The notes beneath the pieces were generated by a model. That model was not told the origin of the DNA. It did not search any database and worked only from the letters and a program-made list of their open reading frames with translations. Source: Epithemia pelagica (taxonomy: Eukaryota > Protista > Bacillariophyta). Taken from it: a stretch of DNA of 64,000 nucleotides. Position 1 is the stretch's first letter, and each line of letters opens with the position of its first letter. The position numbers and the translations under genes are program-made. Below are positions 24,156 to 35,039 of this stretch, piece after piece. The stretch is taken from assembly GCA_946965045.2 (NCBI GenBank), contig OX337239.1:620001-684000 (forward strand), read 5' to 3'.

Positions 24156-25011
24156 ATTCCCGAGTTGACGACGAGACACATCATCAATCACTCATCACCC
24201 CGAGAAACCCCGAAACCATCATCTACCTCTACAATCTATCTTCTCTAGAAACTAGAGAGGTGGACATTCTTTTTGTTCGTCCAAGGTCCAAGTTGCGAGC
24301 GAAGAAATAGGAGTTAGGAGTTAGACACTCCAATAAATGATAGTGTACGAACTGTGAATAGTTCTGTTGCCGGGAATTGTCGTTCAACTGGGACTGATTG
24401 AATGTTTACTCCTACACTTGAGTGGTTTTCGCCTGCTTCCCCCTCTTTCCAGACAGCGATGATTCCAAACGAGTCGATGAGTAGTTTTGCTTCGAGAACC
24501 CTTTCCAAACGCGACCTGGGACCTGACGCACATGATGAGGTCTGTCCGTCGACCCATTTTAGAGCGAACAAAACGCGACAGAGTAGGGATCGTGACCCAA
24601 ACAAAGATACCCCCGGCTTTTCTGTGGTGAGAGATCTTCTGGTGTGTCCAGCAAAAGAGAGACTGTCGACCATTGACGAACAACCGGAGACCACCTCCAC
24701 CAAACGTCCAACACACCACCGACATAAGCAACTGCATTCATCGTGACCACCATGACCCTGTTCTTTAGGCGTGCCGTAGGATCGTGTCGTGCCTCCCGCA
24801 TGCTCGAAACGACTCGTATGCTACGGAGTAGTGCAACGACAACGACATGGTGGCCCTCCTCGTGTTTCGACCACCACCACCATACAATCACCGCCAACAC
24901 TACCCTGCAGCAACAGCATCGGGCCATGAAAAGTTTGGCTGCACCACGTCCTCGTGCCGAAAAGAAGACCAAGACATCTTCGTCCTCGGGCACTCCTCCT
25001 AGTACGACTAC
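24156..25011. repeat. Local segmental duplication, copy 1 (copy 2 at 32382-33270): upstream region plus 5' end of a DUF3727-like gene
   Basis: Colinear similarity from ATTCCCGAGTTGA through CTAGAGAGGTGGACATTC and MTLF(F/L)RRAVGSCRASRMLETTRMLRSS to AGTACGACTAC. Confidence 0.9.
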
Positions 25012-25366
25012 AACACCTGTCCTTTACCACCACAATGACGACGGCACCCACCACTGCCATCACCTCCGCTCCAAACCAGACAAATGACGACAACGACGAC
25101 AACGACCATGGCAAACCCAAGATGGAACCAACCACCACAACAACAATTTGTACGGAATCCTCCAAGTCGGAACGAGAGTCGATACTACTTATACGACCAC
25201 GGCTGAAGAGACCACGCCGAAGAACCCAAACCACAAGAAGAACCAAAATACTACGAATCACGAGGATGCCATGGTGCTGGTAGATGTCGTCTCCACCAAA
25301 CAAGCCATGAACCAGAACGAGGACAAGGACGAGGTGACGCAAACCAACAAGGACGACGACAAGTAG
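24752..25366 (+). pseudogene. Truncated, frameshifted 5' copy of the DUF3727-like gene at 32984
   Basis: The N-terminal ~85 aa are nearly identical to 32984+. The sequence then diverges into low-complexity, frameshifting ORFs with no conserved domain. Confidence 0.65.
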
Positions 25367-26248
25367 GACACCAAGACCCACACGGAGAAGGACTATCAAG
25401 CCTGGAAACAAGCCTATGTGCCACCCCACTTGGATCACGACGACGACGACGACGACGACGATGAGAACGATGCGGACAACAACAATAACAAGGATAAGAA
25501 CAAGAAGAAGGAAACAACCAACACTAGAGAAAAGAAATGAGTCACAAAACTGGGCGCATGCAACCTAGTATGCTCACAAAACTGAGCACATGCAACCTCT
25601 AGTATGATCTACCGAAATATACTTGCCTGACGAAGTGGAGGTCATGGAAGTTCAACTCTTGACCCCCCAGACGTGGAGAGTCAATCCACCCACGGTCATG
25701 GTCTGCTCGTACGACACTAGAGTGGTATTGATCCCGTCTCTGTGATCTTGTCCAATCCCGTTGTTTGAGGAGTCGGCGAATTCGTTCAATCTTGGCATGA
25801 ATGATTTTATAACATATACCAGCGGCGTCGTGTTTCCCCTACAGTGTTTTTGGTAACCCGTCCATGCGAATCAAGTCAAAGATAAAAGAAAACCACGCCC
25901 TTATCGCGTGCCTTATTCAGAGCGAAATTGCTCCAATAACTCACAGAATAAGAGGTTTCCGGGTTCATTTCAACTACTATGCACCCATGAAGAATCAGCG
26001 AGCACAAAGAATCAGGGAGCACCTGTGTGCTGTGTGCAATCGCTGTATCATCAGAGGAATCAAGCCTGTCCTCACAATGCATGCCCATGGCCACCACTTG
26101 CGCAACTTGGGCGTCCATGACTCGAACCACGAACGAGCCGTCCTGTTGGAAGTGGAGACTGGGAGAGGACGTACCACGGACACAAAGCTAGCGGAGTACT
26201 CGAGTCTACACATAATCTGTAGTTGAGTCCTTTCTAAGTTCAAGATAA

Positions 26249-28887
26249 TTACTGTACGACAGAGACAGCTTGGATCAAGGCATGACCGAAGAGTGCCGTG
26301 AAGAGGAGCATGGACATGTAGATGAGGACAAGTAGAAGGAAACGGAGGTAGTGGCTGTATCTAAACTGGTGACCCACAAGTTTCCGAAGGGGAAGCACAA
26401 AAACAATGATAAAGGCTAAAACCGACACGGATCCAAAAAGTCGGGTGCCCGTCGTAGTATCACCGGGCAAGGGTGCAAGACGCTCTCGAATCATGATGGG
26501 TGGAGTCCAAAACATCGTCGCGGTCAAGGCGAGGTATGGTGCAAGAAAGTCCCTGGATTCGCTTAAGGGCTTGGCACACTCTTGGGGATCCCTGGGCTTG
26601 GGTAGACGCATCAAATTATTCTGAAAGATTGTCTCACGGAGGAGCGGCGAGACGGAAGCCTGCATCACTTCAACAACGCACATGCAAAACAGTTGGACAA
26701 TGACCATGTACACTGTGAAACGGACCTGGGCACTCAAATCCGAAGGGAAGACTCGATAGAGGAGTGACTCGTTGAGCTTAAAGTAATAGAAGATGCTCAC
26801 AAAAGCATAAGAGTAAAGACCACCAGAAACGACGTCTGAGAGAAAATGAGCTCCTGTCTTGACACGCTCAATGGCACACACGGCAATAACCAGCAAGATG
26901 ATCACTGTATGATCTGCAAACAAGTCGGGTTCACGATAGGCCACAGTTGCAATGAGTGCCAGAAAACCCGTGTGACCACTTGGAAAGGATCCATCCGCTT
27001 GAATGTCGGAGACACCGCTCTTGATACCCATATGAAGGGGTAACCACACCGGACGAGCTCGACGGACAATGATCTTGACTAGAAGAATCCAGTAATGAGC
27101 CAATGCTGTCATTTTTCCAAGCAGAAAAATTTGCGTGCTCCATCTTCCTGAGCCGACAAGAAGAACAGCGACAAGAATGAGGTTCTTTTCGAGCAGGACG
27201 AAGTGCATCAGTTTACCGATGTAATTGAAAACGACAAAGTCCAAATTCTTTTGAACCCATTTTGCCAAGTCGGCTTCAATGGCGTCAAGTTTGGAGCATC
27301 GTGCATGGATCATGGGTATATCGTAAACCGAGGCAAGCATCTCATCCGCCATTGTCTTGGGGTTGAGAAGGGCGATTTCGTTTGGCATCAAGTCCTTGAA
27401 CTTCCCGAGGCCCTCGTTTCCGATAAGAGAAGAAGTAAGGACTCTTGTTTCAACAGGAATGCGAGCCATGATGGATTCGTCTGGAGCGTGCGAAATATTC
27501 ACCAGGTTAGGCGTTGCAAGGCGATCCGTCGGAAATTCAGGAAATTTCACATATTCTCCCTTCTTGATGTACTTGTCCATCTTTCGACGAAGCTTCTGAG
27601 TCCATTCGCCAGCAAATACTTTCCCGTGTTTCTCCTCGTACACAGACTTGACAAGCTGGTTACATTCTTCTTGGGACGTGATGGGGGGATGCTGATCAAC
27701 CGCGTCAACATGGTAGGTAACGGAAGCCTTCATATACGGCATCATGAGTGTCAGTATTTCCGAGACACCAGAACTGGCCGTAACGGTTCGTAGGTTTACA
27801 CCAAAGGGATTGGTCATATTCACGTTGACCATGACTTTAATTACATCAGGAACAGCGAAATATTCCCAATACATGGGAGTGATGTACTTTTCATGCGTTG
27901 TCATCCCCGAGGGGGCCAAACTTAAAGAACAGCGCGTACCAGATTGGTTGGACCCGACGACCCACTCCTTGAAACCTTCAAGATAAGAAACGCCCTTGCG
28001 TTTGGTGGCAAGAAGCTGGTCTCGCTTCTCGCCAAACATGGCCTTGAGAAAGAAACTATTGTATACCTTGGGATGGACCAACGTCTTGGGGATTATCCCA
28101 TAGTGATGACGTGTGGCATATGTGAGGACGCCCAAGTCATAGGTAATCTGAATGCATAAGATACCAGCGGAGAGTGTGAGTTCTTTGTAGGACCAAAAGG
28201 TTTCAGAACAGCATAGGCAAGATGATTTTTACGTGAACTTACATGGTGATTCGAGAGAAAAACAATAGATCGAGTGTCAGAGGGCAAATTATCGCCTTCG
28301 ATCCAAACAATCCATCCAAGGAGCACACTCAAACTTGACACAACAGCACTTGGACCACAGAGAAGGCATACCAGCATACAAAACAAGACGCGAAGAATCA
28401 TAAACAACGGTCCAACGGTGAGCACCCAGAGAGTGAAGGCGACGCGGTTGACAAAGGGCACGCCTTCGAACAAGTCGGTGTGGAATGGGAGTTGAAACGC
28501 AGTGACAGGATTTTTGTCCACCGACTGCTCCTCCTTAATGTCGGACGAGATCACAGGACACCTTGACGACGATCCGAGCTGGGACAACGATGATGAGGAC
28601 GCCGTAGAAGAGGTTGCTTCCTTTTCAGAGGTCAAAGTTGCTGCAGTATCTTGTCTGTCCATGACGTCTCTTTTAGTCTCTGTCTTGGCGGCGGCGGTGT
28701 TAGCAGCAGGCCCACCAGCCGTCTTGCACTTGTTCTTGAGAATCTTGATCACCTGAAAAAGGACAACTACGAATGCAACGCCCACAAGGATTGCAGCAAC
28801 GCAAATGAATACCATAGCAGTAACCTTGTCAAAGGGTTCGTCAAAAACAAACGACGTCGTAGCGGTGATGCCCTCGGCCTCCGTCAT
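26249..28887 (-). CDS. Membrane protein: AUP1/LPLAT-like acyltransferase domain fused to PAP2 (type 2 phosphatidic acid phosphatase) domain; exons 28887-28243, 28147-26249
   Basis: Intron 28242-28148 (GTAAG...TTCAG) creates IVFLSNHHITYD (HxxxxD) and LAPSGMTT (degenerate FPEGT block). PAP2 motifs: KIIVRRARP, FPSGH, ERVKTGAHFLSD. Multiple TM helices. Confidence 0.75.
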
Positions 28888-29083
28888 GATTATGCTTCTT
28901 GTTTTCTTGAAGTGGAGCGGAGATGAGCTCGAGCAACGGTTGCTTCCGATGGAATAGAAACTGCTTCCAATCCGAGTGTTGAGGTCGATGCGACTGAGAT
29001 GAGCATAGAGCGTGGGTCAACAACAATAACAGAGCTTTTACTCTCCTGCCTTTTGGCCACTTTTCAGTTCGCAATTCGTGTGC

Positions 29084-30034
29084 TTGTCCACTTGATGTGT
29101 TTCGACGACAGTCGAGAAGAGAATTTATGAACTGGGTGGGAGATTGAGCAAGCATTGCGTTGAATCGTTGGTGGAGACGTTGTATCACCAATTTGGGCGA
29201 CGAGATGTGTTATGGACGGGCCTGCCACCGTTCGTGGGATATCGCTGCCTCTAAGTACTTAGGGCCATGGACCGTTATGACAATGGTCATGGGATCCCGT
29301 CCTTAAGAACAACAATGAGATTGAGCAAGCATTGCCCAAGGCAGATATCATGAATCATGAATCATGACATCACGTCACGACACCACGTGAAAATCCTTAT
29401 CGCCAAATTGAGAGTGCGTGGTCGGTGGTGTCCATCAACACGTTGGATCCTATTGTCCACGTGGGTGAACTGACGTCACATTCTTCATTCTAATGATGCC
29501 TACAGTGGCCAAACTCTTATTGTTAGCTGGTTCGCGAATGCGTTCATTTCCTTAACGCCATACGTAGGGAAGTTGTGATTGAGGGATCAATTGCCCAGAA
29601 GACACTGAACTATCGTCGTCGTCTTCATTTGGGTTGGGTGGGGCTTTTTTGGCTGGTGGAAGATGAGGTCTGTCGGTTTGTGTAACTGCTCGCGTATCAT
29701 CCTGCATCGTTACTCTTTGTCTACCAATTGGCCGAGTGTTGTTGGGTTCCGTCGGAGGATTCTCTTGATTGTCCACTTGATGTGTTTCGACGACAGTCGA
29801 GAAGAGAATTTATGAACTGGGTGGGAGATTGAGCAAGCATTGCCCAAGGCAGATATCATGAATCATGAATCATAACATCACGTCACGACACCACGTGAAA
29901 ATCCTTATCGCCAAATTGAGAGTGCGTGGTCGGTGGTGTCCATCAACACGTTGGATCCTATTGTCCACGTGGGTGAACTGACGTCACATTCTTCATTCTA
30001 ATGATGCCTACAGTGGCCAAACTCTTATTGTTAG
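29084..30034. repeat. Direct duplication: 29084-29526 recopied at 29769-30034 with a 177-bp internal deletion
   Basis: The 19-mer GAGATTGAGCAAGCATTGC occurs at 29140, 29317 and 29825. Copy 2 joins the segment before the first 19-mer to the segment after the second. Confidence 0.9.
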
Positions 30035-30291
30035 CAAATGGAGCTTCAATGTTTTTTATTATTGTATATATGCATTTATTTCGTGGGCTCTATTATGGAT
30101 CATATAATATTGAACCGCGTGAATATATATGGTCATCGGGTGTAATTATTTTATTATTAAAAATGGGAACTGCATTTACTGGTTATGTTTTACCTTGGGG
30201 TCAAATGAGTTTTTCGGGAGCGACTGTAATAACAAGTATGCTATCAATTTTACCAAAAGGTCAAATTATCGTTGAATGGTTATGGGGCGGC
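30034..30291 (+). pseudogene. cob: Mitochondrial cytochrome b fragment inserted in nuclear DNA (NUMT-like)
   Basis: An AT-rich island encoding [24 protein letters not shown]...[15 protein letters not shown](S)GATVIT...VEWLWGG, flanked by unrelated sequence. Confidence 0.92.
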
Positions 30292-31081
30292 AAATTCCAG
30301 AATCCTTGGAATCCTTGGAATCTCCTCCAGCAGCTGGTCTCATTTTCAACAACACACCCACAGTATTCTTATTTTTATTTGGAACACTGTGGTCTATTGG
30401 AATGCACAAACCACAAAGGTGATGGAGCATTGGATGTACCACAATGGTCGTCTCACCCCGTGTCTGATGGTGCTCAGTGTCCTGCTAAGTCACTTGTTGG
30501 TGCCGTGGATCGACTCCTTGTGGAACCTGGATCCGTGTCGTCACACGACGGACCATCCGAATCCCTTTGTGGCACTGCACATGGAGGATCCCACAACCGA
30601 CTTGCATCTCGTCAAACAAGCTATCGCAAACTCTCCCTCCTCTATCATCCGGATTTTTATTCCGAGTAGTTGTGTAGTCTATAAAAAGACGTTTCGCCTG
30701 TACTAGAGAAGTACCTCCCAAAGTCCGACCATTTCCAAGAGATATCATAATAGATGAGGAACCAACGACGAGCACTTCTCCTTTTGTCTCGTTCGAGTTT
30801 GTCAAACGGCAATCAACTCCTCATGGTGAAATCGACTCTCGGGGCTGCTGTGAGTATGACGTACCTGCATGGAGTCGTTCTTGGGTCGCTGAAAGATCCC
30901 GATAGAAAATTGGACCGCTTCGCGGTAAAGAGTCGACTAGGTTTAGTATCTGTTATCTGTGCAGTGGAATCCGTGACTGAACGAACCAGAAGTACTGAAA
31001 TATGTAGACTACTTAGGAGTGAGAATAATGAGAGACGGTGTAACTGAACTTGCTCTGTACTCCTGGGAGTAGTTATGGAAT

Positions 31082-31605
31082 TCTAGTATCCACAGGTTTC
31101 GGAATGTTAAAATGTTGTCACTTATATTCCACGCCATACGATATCTGATGATGCAATGCAATTTGGGTTCAGTAACTTTGATGGTATACTTGTTCCTGTT
31201 CGACTTGAGGCTATTGTACTACAAGATTTGTCGCCATTTGTTTCGCGTGAGAACAACTCTAGTATCCAAAGGTTTTGGAATATGAAACTGTTGTCACTTA
31301 TAGTCCACGCCATAAGGTAGCTGATGATGCAATGCAATTTGGGTTCGGTAACTTTGATGGTATACTTGTTCATGTTGGACTCGAGGCTATTGTACTACAA
31401 GATTTGTCGCCATTTGTTTCGCGTGAGAACAACTCTAGTATCCAAAGGTTTTGGAAAAACGAGAACAATTTTGTGATGATATTCGAAATTATTTGGTATC
31501 CTCATTGCTCGAATACGTCTTGTTGACTTAGTGGCGGGAGAGCTATTGTGTATCCTCATTGCTCGAATTCGTCTTGTTAACTTAGTGGCAGGAGAGCTAT
31601 CTTAT
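31082..31605. repeat. 176-bp tandem duplication (x~2.1) followed by a 54-bp tandem duplication (x2)
   Basis: CTAGTATCC anchor at 31083, 31259 and 31435; GTATCCTCATTGCTCGAAT at 31496 and 31550. Confidence 0.88.
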
Positions 31606-32983
31606 ATGCACAAAACAAAAGGTGTAATGTCGGCAGCGTTGTGGCGATGCGTTGATCCGAAGTCCAAAGACGAGAATGCTTTTGTAGTCCCTGTGTTCGC
31701 AATTCGGAAACTGCTTATTGGCGGGATGCGGGATATAGCATATAGCTTTACTGTTTATACTGAGTGCTGAGTGATGATGGTTCTCGTGAGAAAAAGTGAG
31801 ACAGCGAGCCAACCAAAAAACCAAACCGACAACCACAATCAGAAATGCATTGCACCTCTTTGGCATAAATGGTGGTTTGGTCACGAGCTTGTTGGGCAGT
31901 CCAGGATATAAGCCCAGTCGTCGACCTCGCGCGTTGATATCACCGCTTGATCATGGCCCATGGGCGACTGAAAAAGATCCGAGGCCGGGGAGATCGCGTG
32001 CGGTTCTCGCAGCTCGCAGGGTGCGCAGCGGAAAGAACCCGAACCCAGAGGTGCTGTTCACCAAAGCAACAAACAATCCATCACGTTCACAGGGAGTCCT
32101 CCAAGGCAGTCACAGTTCCATCACGCATCGCTACGCCTAATCGTTGCCGAGAATGAGTCTCTGGAGAGGACATTGGCAGCCGTTTGAGATATCACGCTGT
32201 TGGGGCTTGGTTTTTGGTATCGGCTCACTTTTTGGTCTCTTCTAAAGACACACAAAACGAACCAAAGCCAAGGAGCACGTTCCCACGTCGATCCGAGATC
32301 CGAGACCGAGAATGGAACGCTTTTTTGACTTGTGTTTCTCGGATTTTGGATTATTGGGTTACATAACGTAAAACATAAAACATTCCCGAGTTGATGACGA
32401 GACACGAGACACATCATCATCATCACTCATCACCCCGAGAAACCCCGAAGCCATCATCTACAATACAATCTATACTCTAGAAACTAGAGTCTAGAAACTA
32501 GAGAGGTGGACATTCTTTTGTTCGTCCAAGGTCCAAGTTGCAAGCGAAGAAATAGGAGTTAGAGACTCTAATAAATATGATATGATAGTGTACGAAGTAC
32601 GAACTACTCACGAATCATAAATCATCATCTAATTGTGCATGCCACTTCGGTTGGCGGGAATACAACACCCACTGTCGTTCAACTGGGACTGAAACTACAC
32701 TTGAGTGGCTTTCGCCTGTTTTCGCCCCCTTCCAGACAGACAGTGATGGTTCCAATCGAGTCAATGAGTAGTTTTGCTCTTCCAAACGCGACCTGTCGCC
32801 CTTGATGAGGTCTGTCCGTCGACCTATTTGAGAGCGAACAAAACGCGACAGAGTGCGGATCGTGGGCCATGCACACCCAAAAGATACGATTCTTCTGTTT
32901 GAGTCGACCATAGACGACCACTTCCACCCAACACAACGTCCAACACACCACCGACAGTACCAACTGCATTCATCGTGACCACC

Positions 32984-34369
32984 ATGACCCTGTTCTTGAG
33001 GCGTGCTGTAGGATCCTGTCGTGCTTCCCGCATGCTCGAAACGACTCGTATGCTACGGAGTAGTGCTGGTCCATCCTATGCGACAACGACAGCAACGACA
33101 ACGACATGGTGGCCCTCCTCGTGTTCCGACCACCACCACCACCAGACAATCACCACCACCCTTCAGCAGCAACATCGGGCCATGAATAGTTCGGCTGCAC
33201 CGCGTCCTCGTGTTGTCGAAAAAAAGACCCAGACATCTTCGTCTTCGGGCACTACTCCTAGTACGACTACCACGCAAAAAACGACGGACGAATATGCCGT
33301 GGCGGTTCCCAAACCAAAATTGCAACAAATTTCCCAAGACTTGGAAGGCATTGCGTTGCCCTTTATTCATGTCCCTCGTATGAAACGATTGAAACAATTG
33401 CAACGTCAACAACAAGCACAGGGTCAGCCGTTGTACGATGAAACCTTTGCCGTCTTGCCCTGTTTGGGCTTGTGGACCCTCGAATATCGCAATGTGGAAT
33501 TCATGGTGGCCTGTCCGGCCGAAACACCGGTCCTCTTGGTGCGCCATGCCCCCGAATACGAAGGCAATCCCCACATGTCATCCATGATTCCCATTCAATG
33601 GGATGACGATGCCGCCCTGGATGAATTGGTCCCCGTCGCCCAACAAGCCTTGGATGATCAGTACAACAACAACAACAAGCAGCAACCAAAAAAGAAGAAC
33701 AAGAAGAACAAAACCCACCACCAGAGTAGTAGTCGTAGTGGGCTTGGGACTCCGGAACAACAGGCGGCCGAATTCATGAGCATGTCGCAAGAGCAACGCA
33801 ATGACTATGGGGACCAGGTCAAGGACAAGACTCACGAGCCACCACCCGAGCAAGACGATCCCTTTGGTGCTGGTGATGCTGGTGGTGGTCCTTCCTTTTC
33901 GGCCGATGCTCCCACCTTTCAAGAACCGGTCAAACTGTTACGGACACCGGAATGTTTGACCGTGACGGGTCGATTTGCCGATGCCCAACATCCCGATCAA
34001 CCGGATACGAGCGACATGCAAGAAATGATGGAACAAGGCGATCAAATCATGAATGGGACGGCCACCAACAACAAGTTGAACATTACCAATGTCAAGGTTC
34101 GACCATTGGTCGAATTTACCCACAAGAATACCAATTACTTTGTGTGCAAATGGATGGATTCGCCCTTTTTTATTTCCCGCAAAGATGCCAGCAAACCACA
34201 AGCGCCCCGCATTTTGTTAAGTGTCAAGGAACATGAAAGTCTCTTGCCCATTATGGAACGAGCCGAAATGGAACTCTTGTCCGATGAAGATATGGAACGA
34301 TTGGAAAAAGAAGTCGATCAACAACAAAAGGAAATGACGGAAGAACGACACGTCAAGGCACAAAAATAA
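32984..34369 (+). CDS. DUF3727-like protein, paralogue 1, with Arg/Ser/Thr-rich presequence-like N-terminus
   Basis: EFMVACPAETPVLLV, DELVPVAQQAL, KLLRTPECLTVTG, PLVEFTHKNTNYFVCKWMDSPFFISRK and LLSVKEHESLLPIME follow the order of motifs recalled for cyanobacterial/plastid DUF3727 proteins. Confidence 0.65.
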   Translation: MTLFLRRAVGSCRASRMLETTRMLRSSAGPSYATTTATTTTWWPSSCSDHHHHQTITTTLQQQHRAMNSSAAPRPRVVEKKTQTSSSSGTTPSTTTTQKTTDEYAVAVPKPKLQQISQDLEGIALPFIHVPRMKRLKQLQRQQQAQGQPLYDETFAVLPCLGLWTLEYRNVEFMVACPAETPVLLVRHAPEYEGNPHMSSMIPIQWDDDAALDELVPVAQQALDDQYNNNNKQQPKKKNKKNKTHHQSSSRSGLGTPEQQAAEFMSMSQEQRNDYGDQVKDKTHEPPPEQDDPFGAGDAGGGPSFSADAPTFQEPVKLLRTPECLTVTGRFADAQHPDQPDTSDMQEMMEQGDQIMNGTATNNKLNITNVKVRPLVEFTHKNTNYFVCKWMDSPFFISRKDASKPQAPRILLSVKEHESLLPIMERAEMELLSDEDMERLEKEVDQQQKEMTEERHVKAQK

Positions 34370-35039
34370 CTATCCTCCTCATCATCCTGATAAAACGAAC
34401 GAGCAACCACTCACACCATCCGGACAGAGGGTGGAGAGACGCGCACCAAGACTCTTGGGAAGCGTACGTGGAACCACAATCCTAGAGAATGAAACATAAC
34501 TCGGTATTAGACATTCAAGAGTACTCCCGTCTTTCCAAAGACTCCTTGTGCTACAGTACTTCGTTTCGGTCATCGATCCATACATATAGAAAGAGTCGCC
34601 CAAGTCCCAAGGTGGTGGTATGTCCGGCGATGTCGTCTCCATCTTTCTGGTGTAGAGTATGTGATTGGGTGTGTGTACTCTAGCCTAGTAGGTCTCCAAG
34701 AACAGGTACTCACGTTGAGGCGATCTTGGAGTGGAACGAATGAAAAGCGCGCGCGAAACTTTGACACATTCGTTAATGCAATCATAGCAAATCAATTGGT
34801 GGGCCATTGGCATTTCGTCGTAGCATGACCCTACAACGTATATTTGTAAATGTATAGGAATAGCTTTCGTAACCATCGGTCGAAGCGCGCGACTGGAAAA
34901 CGCGATCCAGTCGCCTATATGGAAGGGGGTATCTTTTGTTAACCACAGAAATTGGGGTGAGACGACAAAACCACACTGCCGCCATTGCCACCGTCGAGAT
35001 CCAATTCCCTGCAAAACAAAAGCAAACCAAGAACACAGA

